DNA from: Promethearchaeota archaeon
GTDB taxonomy: Archaea > Asgardarchaeota > Lokiarchaeia > Sigyniarchaeales > SOKP01
Length of the DNA stretch: 36,282 bases
Reading direction: 5' to 3'
Assembly: GCA_030610785.1 (NCBI GenBank)
Contig: JAUWRB010000003.1
Span: 1 to 36,282 of the forward strand
Both the position numbers and the translations under genes were made by a program. Each line of letters opens with the position of its first letter. Position 1 is the stretch's first letter. The notes under the pieces are model-generated. The model was not told where the DNA came from. It was given only the letters and a program-made list of their open reading frames with translations, and did no database searches. Positions 27,450 through 36,282 of this stretch are shown piece after piece.

Positions 27450-29042
27450 ATGGAAATTGCTGATATATTACTAGGTATCTTTCTAAATCCGTGGTTTCTC
27501 ATATCCCTCGCATTTTGGTTGATCATCCTTGCTATAGTTTATATATTTCGAAATAAAAAGGATGCCATTTATGTTTTCTTTCCACTTATCGTTATGTTGA
27601 AAACGAAAAAACTAAATAACTTTTTAAAGAAGATATCGAGAAAAGCTCCCAAATTTTGGAGATTCTTTTTTACAATCGGGATATTTATCAGCTTTTCTTT
27701 CATGATTTTTGCGTTCTTTTTCTTTTTTATAAACCTAATCGCTTTAATTATTAATCCTCAGCCTATAAACGCCATAACGCCTCTTATTCCTGGGGTTACC
27801 ATTGATCTGCCTCTATTTGCTTATTTAATCCTGCCAATTCTTTTTGTCATGACGACCCATGAATTAGCCCATGGAATTGCCGCTAGTATTGATAATATAG
27901 ATGTTAAATCAACAGGAATTCTGGGTGGTGGTTTTTTCTATTTAATCGGAATTGGTGCTTTCGTTGAAGTTGAAGAAAGAGAATTGAATTCAACCAAACA
28001 TACCAAAAATACAAGATTGAGGATTGCTGCTGCTGGAACTCATGTAAATGCAATCACAGCAGGAGTTGCTTTTATTATTTTATTACTTTTTCCAATTCTT
28101 ATAGCCCCTTTTTATGGAAATCACGTTGTTCAAGTGGACTCCGTATTAACTGAAAAAGAAGGAGGTTATAATTATGGGGCCCTCTCAAGTGGAGATGTCA
28201 TTGTTGCCCTAAAAAAGAAAGGTTCTAATGATGACAATTACATTTATCTTGATGGAAATGAAGGAATTACCCTTACAGCCATCTTAAATAATAAAATTAA
28301 CAAAATAAAATGTTCCGTAGGTGACTATTTAACTTTAAAGATATATGATCCGGCTCTTGATAGTTGGTCGGAAAAAGAAATCGTTTTAGGTCCGCGTTAT
28401 GACGAAAATAATAAACTCGTGGGAGTTTTTATAGGGATATTAAGTCACTCTTATTATTTACCGTTAAATCCTATAAGCAAATTTTTTACTGGAAATTGGC
28501 CTATTTTCGTACTTAGGGAGTTCATATGGCTCTGGATAATATCTTTCAGTATAACTTTATTTAACATGCTACCCTTGCCTATCTTCGATGGATTTCGAAT
28601 GGTTAAAGAATTGGTGAATTGGGCTATCGGAGAGGATTATTCGTCGAAAAAGAAGAAGAAAGACAAACTTTTTTTCAAGAAGGACGAAAAAAACTATGGT
28701 TTATCGGAATATCGCGCGGAAAAAATAGATTCAATAAAAATTATCATGAAAAACCAATCTAGAACGGAGGAGGAAACGGAAATTATTTTAGGAGAAGAAA
28801 ATTACGAGCTAATTGATAAGATCGGAGATGGATTCAAATCAACTGTTTTATTTGATTTACCTGAACAAACAAAATTAAAAGATGATTCAATTATTGAAGT
28901 TTCATACGAATATTGGCACGATAATAAAAAACGCATGAAGAATAATATATTGTACATCATAAGCTTATTTACTTTATTTATTGTCGCGGGTAATTTCTTA
29001 TTGTCCTTTATTAAATTTGGTAATATAACTTTCTGGGTTTAA
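27450..29042 (+). CDS. Site-2 protease (M50 intramembrane metalloprotease) with PDZ-like domain
   Basis: HELAHG zinc motif, GAFVE, RIAAAG..VN, GDVIVAL (PDZ) and FNMLPLPIFDG; multiple TM helices. Confidence 0.92.
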   Translation: MEIADILLGIFLNPWFLISLAFWLIILAIVYIFRNKKDAIYVFFPLIVMLKTKKLNNFLKKISRKAPKFWRFFFTIGIFISFSFMIFAFFFFFINLIALIINPQPINAITPLIPGVTIDLPLFAYLILPILFVMTTHELAHGIAASIDNIDVKSTGILGGGFFYLIGIGAFVEVEERELNSTKHTKNTRLRIAAAGTHVNAITAGVAFIILLLFPILIAPFYGNHVVQVDSVLTEKEGGYNYGALSSGDVIVALKKKGSNDDNYIYLDGNEGITLTAILNNKINKIKCSVGDYLTLKIYDPALDSWSEKEIVLGPRYDENNKLVGVFIGILSHSYYLPLNPISKFFTGNWPIFVLREFIWLWIISFSITLFNMLPLPIFDGFRMVKELVNWAIGEDYSSKKKKKDKLFFKKDEKNYGLSEYRAEKIDSIKIIMKNQSRTEEETEIILGEENYELIDKIGDGFKSTVLFDLPEQTKLKDDSIIEVSYEYWHDNKKRMKNNILYIISLFTLFIVAGNFLLSFIKFGNITFWV

Positions 29043-29051
29043 TAAAAACAC

Positions 29052-30011
29052 ATGAGTGATCTAGATCAACAATGCTCATATTGTAATAACTCAAGTGTAA
29101 TTCAAAGAAAGCATTCAGGGGATTATTTATGTCCTAAGTGTTTTGAAAAGAGTATCGAGAAAATAATATATAAAACAATTTCAAAATATAAAATGCTCAG
29201 ACCTCAAGATAAAGTTATAGTTGCCCTATCCGGAGGAAAAGATTCGATTACGCTTTTATATAATTTAATGAAAATTCAAGAAAGAACTTATCGTTCTGAG
29301 ACCTTAATTGCGTTAACAATCGACGAAGGAATAAAAGATTATAGTCAAAACAATATCAAATTAGCAAAACGATTCTGTAAGAAATATAATATTAACCATG
29401 AAATCATATCCTTCAAAGAAAAATTAGGAAAAACGCTAGATGAGATTATTCATTTCAAAAACCAGTCAGGAGACTATAAATATGCCTGCAATTATTGTGC
29501 CACTATAAAAAGAAGATTGTTGAACGAAGGAGCAAGCGAATTAGGAGGAACAATTGTAGCTAAAGGACATAATCTTACTGATATGGCAGAAACTTTTTTA
29601 ATGAATATTTTATATAAAAGATTCCATTTAATTTCGAATCAATTTTTTTTTAAACCTGAAAAGAAACAAATTTTAGTAAAAAAAATAACGCCTTTAATGA
29701 GAATTCCTGAAGATGAAATTTTATTATATGTAAACATGAAAAAATTTGATTATTATTCTACAATTTGCCCATATAGAGAAAAAGACCCGATTATAAGAAA
29801 GCGTTTACTAGATTTTATCGAGGAGTGCAAAACTTATAGCCCAGAAATAGAATTTAATTTGTTTAAAGGATTTTTAGAGCTCTCAAGGATTTTATATAAA
29901 CTACATAATAATAAATCATATAATTCTTGTAAAACATGCGGTTATCCAAGTGGAAATAAAAAGACTTGTTCTTATTGCGACCTAGTAAAAGAATTTACTA
30001 ATAAGACCTAA
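29052..30011 (+). CDS. tRNA 2-thiolation enzyme (Ncs6/CTU1/TtuA family)
   Basis: N- and C-terminal Zn fingers, SGGKDS PP-loop, CNYC, GHNLTD and CPY motifs. Confidence 0.88.
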   Translation: MSDLDQQCSYCNNSSVIQRKHSGDYLCPKCFEKSIEKIIYKTISKYKMLRPQDKVIVALSGGKDSITLLYNLMKIQERTYRSETLIALTIDEGIKDYSQNNIKLAKRFCKKYNINHEIISFKEKLGKTLDEIIHFKNQSGDYKYACNYCATIKRRLLNEGASELGGTIVAKGHNLTDMAETFLMNILYKRFHLISNQFFFKPEKKQILVKKITPLMRIPEDEILLYVNMKKFDYYSTICPYREKDPIIRKRLLDFIEECKTYSPEIEFNLFKGFLELSRILYKLHNNKSYNSCKTCGYPSGNKKTCSYCDLVKEFTNKT

Positions 30012-30988
30012 TTTAATAAAAATTCTCCCATTTCTTTTAATTTAACATATTCTCTTATTTCATCTTTAAATAATGGTATTTCAATTAAGTTTTTTCCCAA
30101 TCCTTCTCTAAATATTTCTCTTATCTTAAATAAATTTTTTTGTTGCATTTTTCGCCGAGCTTTACAAAAATCACACAACTCTGTACTGTCTGCGTATAAT
30201 TGATTCACAACGATATTTGAAACGGGAATATTATATTTAATTAGTTCATTTAACAATCTACCAGTTTCTGAAATAGCCATTTCTTCTGAAATCATTACAA
30301 TAACAAATGAATTCAAGTTTGGATTCATGAGATCTTCCCTCGCATTTAAAATAGACTTGTTTAATTTTTCTAATAGTTCTAAAGAATTATCATCGTTCTT
30401 TTCTTCTTTAGTAAACATTTTTTTAAACGTTCCAAATATTTTTCCAAATCTCATTTTTAACTTTAATATTTTACCTATCCACCCAGATAATGTTTCTGGA
30501 AGGCTTAAAAATCTAAGAGTGTGTCCAGTGGGGGCAGTATCAAAAATAATTAAATCGTAATCGTGCTCAGTCTCAATAAATTCCAAAACTTTTCCAAACG
30601 CTAAAGCCTCATCAATTCCAGGAGGGGTCATTGAAGTTAATTCTTCCAGATCTCCCATCATCGGTAAACCTTCCATCATTCCAGACATGTCCATATTGGG
30701 CACCGGATTCATTGATAATTCTTTGAAATCAGCCATATTCACCTTTGGATTAATCTCCAAGGCAGTTAAATTATTTACACCTATCACAGGAGTAGGTTCT
30801 CCAGGAGGTAATTTCATTCCTAAACTATCACCTAAAGAATGTGCAGGGTCAGTACTAATAATTAGAGTCTTTCGACCATGTTCAGCAGCCCAAATTGCAG
30901 AGCTTGAGGCACATGTGCTCTTTCCCACGCCCCCCTTCCCCCCGAACATTATCATTTTCAAATTTAATAATTGATCTTTTAATTCCAT
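30008..30988 (-). CDS. Get3/TRC40 (ArsA-family) ATPase
   Basis: GGKGGVGKST, STDPAHSL, PGIDE, DTAPTGHTLRFL, Met-rich insert and C-terminal CDFC motif; single ATPase domain. Confidence 0.9.
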   Translation of the reverse strand: MELKDQLLNLKMIMFGGKGGVGKSTCASSSAIWAAEHGRKTLIISTDPAHSLGDSLGMKLPPGEPTPVIGVNNLTALEINPKVNMADFKELSMNPVPNMDMSGMMEGLPMMGDLEELTSMTPPGIDEALAFGKVLEFIETEHDYDLIIFDTAPTGHTLRFLSLPETLSGWIGKILKLKMRFGKIFGTFKKMFTKEEKNDDNSLELLEKLNKSILNAREDLMNPNLNSFVIVMISEEMAISETGRLLNELIKYNIPVSNIVVNQLYADSTELCDFCKARRKMQQKNLFKIREIFREGLGKNLIEIPLFKDEIREYVKLKEMGEFLLN

Positions 30989-31049
30989 TTTTAATTCAAT
31001 AAAATTTTATATTATTTTTATAAATATGTTTAAAAACTAATTCATTATT

Positions 31050-32330
31050 TTAGTAATTAAGTTTAAAACGTAAAATAGCAACAATCCCACCAAATGTGCT
31101 ATACAACATTTCTCCTTCTTCGGTTTCAGAAGATATTATTTCAATTTTCGTTCCAGTTGTTTCAGCAATACTCCCAAGATATTCTATAATGGAATTTTTC
31201 GTAACAATTTTAAAAGTGTTTGAATTACATTTCGGACATACTTCTTCCATTATTGATTTTTCTAATCGCCCTAAATTTTGTTCCTTTATTGTCTGATTTT
31301 CAAAATAGTCACAATTAAAACATTCTACTTTAACCATGTATAAATCCAATTTCTCAGAAAGCATTAAAATATCAACAGCAGAGTAATTTAAAGCTTTTTG
31401 AACTTCATCAAGACCATAAATTGCAAAACCAGTATCATTTGAAACTTCTTTCATAAATTTTTGCATTACTTGTTTTTCTCGAATATATTTTACATTTTTA
31501 ATTTGGTCCTTAACTTTTTCAATTAACGCTCGGATTCCTTCTACTCCACCATAACCAAGGTCAACAACATCTAAAATTTTATCTCGTAATCTGTAGTCTA
31601 AATGTTCATCGTTGACAAATTTTTCTTTTGATTGTCCGGGACCACCTATAAATATACCCCCCAGATCTTCCATTTCTAAAAATAAAATATTTATTTCGCT
31701 TGAGATTCTGCGGTAAAATCTTTTTTCTCCTTCTTCGATTAGTCTTTCAAATCTTTTCTGTGATTGACCTCCCGCTTTATGTTTTCCGTGTATCCCTGAA
31801 GTAAATTCTCTTACCACTTCCACATGATTTCCTCTAAGATACCCCGCAGCAGATTCCTTTCTTCCAATAACCAATAAACCATATGTTTCTTTTGGTGTAA
31901 GCATTTCTTCTAAAGGCCATAATAAAAATTCGTTAGCACAATGATATCTAAAAGTTTTTACTTTCTCATTTGGGTTAATTATATATAATTCATTTTTTTC
32001 CGTGCCAGGCGTATCATTCTGCGGAATAGCTCCAGAAAACATGACTAATCCATTTTCAGGAACGCTTTTAATATTTTTTAATTGTCCTAAAAGAGTAGAT
32101 ATGCCATCTAGTACATTTTTACGAGTTAATTTTGATTTAATATTCTGACTTTCACTTATTTCGTTTTTAAGATGATTTGTAATATCAGAAAGCTTACGAT
32201 CATGTGGGATGTATAATGAGATTAATTCCGTATGAAAGCCTTTCTTATTCTTTAGATATTTTAATAGTTTCTTGATTTTATAAATTTTTAAATCTTCGCT
32301 TTTATTTTTTTCTATGCTACTCATGACCAT
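31050..32330 (-). CDS. prf1: Peptide chain release factor aRF1
   Basis: NIKS, YHC and GGQS motifs, C-terminal FGGIVAILRF; Zn-ribbon insert (CFNC...CPKC). Confidence 0.97.
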   Translation of the reverse strand: MVMSSIEKNKSEDLKIYKIKKLLKYLKNKKGFHTELISLYIPHDRKLSDITNHLKNEISESQNIKSKLTRKNVLDGISTLLGQLKNIKSVPENGLVMFSGAIPQNDTPGTEKNELYIINPNEKVKTFRYHCANEFLLWPLEEMLTPKETYGLLVIGRKESAAGYLRGNHVEVVREFTSGIHGKHKAGGQSQKRFERLIEEGEKRFYRRISSEINILFLEMEDLGGIFIGGPGQSKEKFVNDEHLDYRLRDKILDVVDLGYGGVEGIRALIEKVKDQIKNVKYIREKQVMQKFMKEVSNDTGFAIYGLDEVQKALNYSAVDILMLSEKLDLYMVKVECFNCDYFENQTIKEQNLGRLEKSIMEEVCPKCNSNTFKIVTKNSIIEYLGSIAETTGTKIEIISSETEEGEMLYSTFGGIVAILRFKLNY

Positions 32331-32422
32331 CTACAAGAATAATAGATGATAAAAAAGATTAATAGTTTTCCTTTATTTTAAATCTATATTAATAAAGAAT
32401 TAACTTTTGGAATTGTTAAAGC

Positions 32423-33232
32423 ATGACAGAGAATAAAAATCAAAATTCAGTAGTTCCAGAAAATCATCCCCGTTTCCAAAGTCTAAAATATCGACATAAA
32501 ATAATAGAAGGCATGAAAAATCTTGTTGTGGCAGAAGCGGGCTTGATTGCACATGGAAGAGGAGAATGTTTTGACTATATTTTAGGAGAAAAAACCAATA
32601 AAGCTGCAAAAAAAGCGATAAAGGCAGCAGTAGCAATGCTTCTGCTTGCAAATCATCCAGTGATTAGTGTCAATGGGAATACTGCGGCATTAGTCCCAAA
32701 AGAATTAGTTAATTTATCTGAAGTTCTTAATATCCCTCTGGAAATCAATCTATTTTATAGAAAAAAAGGGCGTGTCGAAGCAATAAAAAAAGTATTAGAA
32801 AATGCAGGTGCAATTAATATCCTTGGAATTGATGAGGATGATATGGTTACTCTTGATGGACTTGAAAGCAATCGCCGTCTCGTAGATAAACTAGGAATAT
32901 ATCAAGGGGATTGTATTTTAGTAATGCTAGAAGATGGCGATAGGACAGAAGCGCTTAAAAAATTGAATAAAAAAGTTATCACAGTTGATTTAAATCCAAT
33001 AAGTAGAACTGCAATATGGGGAGATATTACAATAGTAGATAATATTATAAGGGCGTTACCAGAAATGTTAGCTATTATAGAAGAATTAAAAGATTTAAAG
33101 AAAGAAAAATTAAGGAAAATAGTCCAAGATTTTAAAAATAAAAAAAATATTCAAGATGCTCTTAATTTAATAAAAGATTATATTGATACTCAGAAAAAGG
33201 ACGCGTTTAAAATTTTAGAAATTAAAAATTAA
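32423..33232 (+). CDS. pps: 4-phosphopantoate--beta-alanine ligase (phosphopantothenate synthetase)
   Basis: HPR..SL..R, GLIAHGRGE.FDYILGE, SVNGN, LEDGDR and DLNP.SRT motifs. Confidence 0.95.
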   Translation: MTENKNQNSVVPENHPRFQSLKYRHKIIEGMKNLVVAEAGLIAHGRGECFDYILGEKTNKAAKKAIKAAVAMLLLANHPVISVNGNTAALVPKELVNLSEVLNIPLEINLFYRKKGRVEAIKKVLENAGAINILGIDEDDMVTLDGLESNRRLVDKLGIYQGDCILVMLEDGDRTEALKKLNKKVITVDLNPISRTAIWGDITIVDNIIRALPEMLAIIEELKDLKKEKLRKIVQDFKNKKNIQDALNLIKDYIDTQKKDAFKILEIKN

Positions 33233-33310
33233 AAATAATTATTGATTCAAAAAAACTTAAAAGTTTTTAATATTATAAAAAGTATAATAAAAATTTTAAA
33301 AACGATAATA

Positions 33311-33847
33311 ATGGGTACTAAAGATAAAGATACACAAATCAACTATTTTGTTAATAGTAATAATAAAAATTCCTTTTTTATAAGACAATGCACATTAGAG
33401 GATCTAGAAGGCGTGATAACTGTAAATGAAAAAGAACTTCCCGAAGATTATCCTTATTTTTTTTATAAAAGCATACTTAACAATTTTCCTAAGGCGTTTT
33501 TGGTTGCTTGTTCTAAAAATGAAAAAATTATTGGATATGTTATGTGGAGGGTTGAAAGAACGCCTTCTATAAATAATTTAAGGTTAATCAATAAAGGTCA
33601 TTTAGTATCAATAGCCGTATCTAGCACCTATAAAAGAAAAGGAATCGCGATGGCATTATTATTGAATTCAATGCAGGCGATCAAAACATTTAAAATTATC
33701 GAATATGTCTTAGAAGTACGAGTCTCGAATTATAGCGCAATAAATTTGTATAAGAAACTTAATTTTAAAATTGAAAGTATAAAAAAAAAGTACTACCGTG
33801 ACTCGGAAGACGCCTATTATATGACTTTTAAAAATATCAATATTTAA
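33311..33847 (+). CDS. N-terminal acetyltransferase, Ard1/Naa10-RimI family
   Basis: LPEDY, GHLVSIAV, KRKGIA, LEVRVSN..AI.LY and YYRDSEDAY motifs. ATG at 33311 preferred. Confidence 0.92.
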   Translation: MGTKDKDTQINYFVNSNNKNSFFIRQCTLEDLEGVITVNEKELPEDYPYFFYKSILNNFPKAFLVACSKNEKIIGYVMWRVERTPSINNLRLINKGHLVSIAVSSTYKRKGIAMALLLNSMQAIKTFKIIEYVLEVRVSNYSAINLYKKLNFKIESIKKKYYRDSEDAYYMTFKNINI

Positions 33848-33851
33848 TTTT

Positions 33852-34858
33852 TTAAGAATTCTCTAATCCTTTTACTAAACATGTTAGTAGTTCATTAATT
33901 GGAACTTTTAGGTTTAAATTTTTTGCATATTTTACAATCCTACCATTTATAAAATCAATCTCAGTAGGATTTCCATTTAATATATCTTGAAGCATTGAAT
34001 TCTTATTTTCTGATGTCTTTTCTGCAACATCATATGTTAAAGCTATAAAGTCCTTTTTTAGGAGATGTATTCCTATTTTTTCTGCAATATTTATTGCTTC
34101 TTTAACCGCCTCTCCCATGAGCCGCTTTATACTTTTATTTTTTAATAAATCCCCATTTCTCAATCGAGTTAAAGCAGCAAAAGGGTTAATACCAATATTT
34201 ACAAAGATCTTTTCCCAACAGTCTTTAATTATATCTTCCGAAATAATCGTCTCTATTCCTGATGAAGAAAGAAGGTCTTTTAATAAAATCAGATCTTCTT
34301 TAGCTATTGCTTTTTGAGATGCTTCTATTTTTGAATCATTTAAAAAAGGATAACCAATTTTAGTATTACCAAAACCAGTATGATATACGTGACCAGGCTC
34401 CTTTAAAAATGCCCCGTTGGTTGTCACGATTCTAATTATTTTCTCTTCAGAACAGTATTTCTTAATAATATCTTCATTTCCAATTCCATTCTGTAAAATA
34501 ACTAATCTCTTACTTGATCCTATTAATTTTGTATACTGGTGTAACGCAGATTCAATATCATAAGTTTTTGTGGTAAGAAATAAATAATCTAACTGCTCAT
34601 GAGTATTCCTCGAATTTTCTGACTCAAATTCTTCATAGTTTTCATAAGCTTTAATATTATTAACTTTTTCAACTCCTTGATTTTTATGCAATGTTAAACC
34701 ATTATTATTAATAAAATCAGCATGTTCTCTCCAACAGAAAAATGTCATTTCAATTATATATTGATTTAGTTGTAAAGAAGATAAATAGCCCCCAAATAAA
34801 CTACCTATTGAACCTGCTCCCAAAAAATCAATTCGGATTTTTTTTTTTTTTTCTCCAC
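33852..34858 (-). CDS. panE: 2-dehydropantoate 2-reductase; 5' end ambiguous across an A15 tract
   Basis: IRIDFLGAGSIG, TKTYD, LQNGIG, WEKIFVN..INP and SMLQD....PTEIDFING motifs. Candidate GTG at 34858 is out of frame by one base. Confidence 0.92.
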
Positions 34859-34886
34859 TTAAAATAATAAATACCTCTTTATAATC

Positions 34887-35762
34887 CTAAAAAAATTTAT
34901 CTAAACTTGTCTGACCTTTTGAAACAATACCTGATTTTTTTTGAATGTCTAACAGCTTTACTGAATTAGGATTAGTTCTAGGGCTTAATTCTAACTTATT
35001 TATCATCATTAAAGAATTTTTAGTAGCATAACCAGAAAAATGATTGTTAAAATATATACCCACTTTCTCAGCTTTTTGAATTACTTCTTTTACTTGAATT
35101 GCCCATTTCTCTATTTCAGCTTCGTTAAAACAATAATTAAACCAGATTTTTCGCCCATACCCATGAAATCGAATATACGCAAATTTCGAATTTGTAACAT
35201 CCATTCTCGGGGGCAATAATGGCTCGATAACGGCACAATAAGATAAATTTTGGTCTGATAAATAACTGAATACATCATCACTCATCCATGATTTATTTCG
35301 AAACTCAACAGCTACATGATAATTTGTCTCCTTAAGCTCATCAGGCCAATTGCTAATAAATTCTCTTAGATTACTAAAATGCTCCCTCTTTTTGAAGGAG
35401 GGTGGTAATTGAATTAAGAACGCCAATAATTTTCCCGAATCTATTAATGGTTGCATTACATTTAAATATATGTTTAAATCGTCCATGCATGTATCAACAT
35501 CCAATTTGCTATCATGAGTTATCGTTTGTGGAAGCTTCGCTGTGAAAAAGAAATCTTCTGGTGTGCGCTTTACCCAATTCTTTACAACCCAAGGATTAGG
35601 AATATTATAAAATGTCGTATTTATCTCATTTGTGTAAAAAATTTGTGAATAATATGAAAGATAATCCTCCTTTCTCAAGCTTTTTGGATAAAAAACCCCA
35701 ATCCACTCGTCGTAGCCCCATCCTGATGTGCCGATTAATATTTTTTTTTCCATTAGGCTCAT
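34887..35762 (-). CDS. DUF72 (YecE-like) TIM-barrel protein with C-terminal PIP box
   Basis: IGTSGW.Y..W...FYP, EINTTFY, QLPPSF, EFR..SW, YIRFHG and YFNN motifs; ends in QTSLDKFF. Confidence 0.92.
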   Translation of the reverse strand: MSLMEKKILIGTSGWGYDEWIGVFYPKSLRKEDYLSYYSQIFYTNEINTTFYNIPNPWVVKNWVKRTPEDFFFTAKLPQTITHDSKLDVDTCMDDLNIYLNVMQPLIDSGKLLAFLIQLPPSFKKREHFSNLREFISNWPDELKETNYHVAVEFRNKSWMSDDVFSYLSDQNLSYCAVIEPLLPPRMDVTNSKFAYIRFHGYGRKIWFNYCFNEAEIEKWAIQVKEVIQKAEKVGIYFNNHFSGYATKNSLMMINKLELSPRTNPNSVKLLDIQKKSGIVSKGQTSLDKFF

Positions 35763-35824
35763 GTTAATTTAATTAAATATTATCATCATTTTTAAATTAT
35801 GAGAGTTTATTAGATTAGCTGTAT

Positions 35825-36282
35825 ATGTATCACTTAAGGAATAAATATTTAGCTTCTTTTGCCGACTTTATATATTTTGTGAATTTGGATCGAAAAATTT
35901 TTAATTTAATAATTACTGTAATATTTTATCGATGGTATTTAATAAATAATAATTTTATTGCCATTGATAAGTTATTGGTTGATACAATTATTTCATCTAA
36001 ATATGATGTCATAACACCGATAACTGGTAGTGGTCTCGCGGAAGTACCCCATTTTATATCTTTGACATTCGGTCAAGGAAATGGTGATATCAAGCAGGAT
36101 ATTTGAAAATATTAACGGATCTATTAGTATTCTTAATAATTCCGTTAAAAATACAGGAAACGAGATACCATGCCAAGCATATAACATTATGCTCATAGGA
36201 ACAACTCCTCATAATATAAAAGTCTTCAATTTTTATCGTCTCAAATCGTTATATATATTATCGTCTCCGAATACACAAGCCT
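35825..36282 (+). other. Unresolved region: possible degraded or partial ORFs at the window end
   Basis: ORF 35825-36106 overlaps a second frame open from ATG 36081 to the window end; no recognisable motifs. Confidence 0.2.

Noticed and set aside
30008-30988. Arsenite-pump ArsA
   Set aside because: Single ATPase domain with Get3 features and no ars operon.
2069-34317. Short ORFs nested within or opposite to confidently assigned genes (e.g. 2069-2278, 8094-8360, 14978-15307, 21548-21955, 26393-26824, 30687-30974)
   Set aside because: They overlap well-supported genes and have no motifs; typical shadow ORFs.
35993-36196. 67-aa minus-strand ORF
   Set aside because: No motifs and overlaps equally weak plus-strand frames; cannot be resolved at the window edge.

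Overview
A very AT-rich, gene-dense archaeal chromosomal segment, most likely from an Asgard archaeon of the Lokiarchaeia type. This assignment is inferred from a Loki-type profilin, a RING protein, Get3, an S2P protease and RPA1/RPA2-like subunits alongside core archaeal genes. Most of the window is housekeeping: RPA, Rpo12, TFB, FtsZ, aIF2-beta/DUF424/NMD3/Rio1/Dim2, aRF1, tRNA thiolases, the archaeal CoA pathway (PoK, PPS, PanE), MfnB, AOR, ArgC and ProC. Four genes are missing from the ORF track: the truncated RPA1 (1-1662), Rpo12 (5998-6147) and two intron-containing tRNAs. The most striking items are: (1) a tRNA-Leu(CAA) gene split by three introns (21/22, 37/38, 59/60), one built from tandem copies of the T-loop motif; (2) an initiator tRNA-Met with a D-loop intron; (3) a profilin fused to an extra C-terminal helical domain; (4) a DUF72 protein ending in a canonical PIP box; (5) both PAC2-like (HbYX) and PAC4-like proteasome chaperones; (6) an atypical RING protein. 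Two homopolymer-associated frame problems (pyrH, panE) may be sequencing errors. I found no CRISPR array, integrase or transposase, and no clearly delimited new multi-gene system. All family assignments come from motif recognition, not from database searches.
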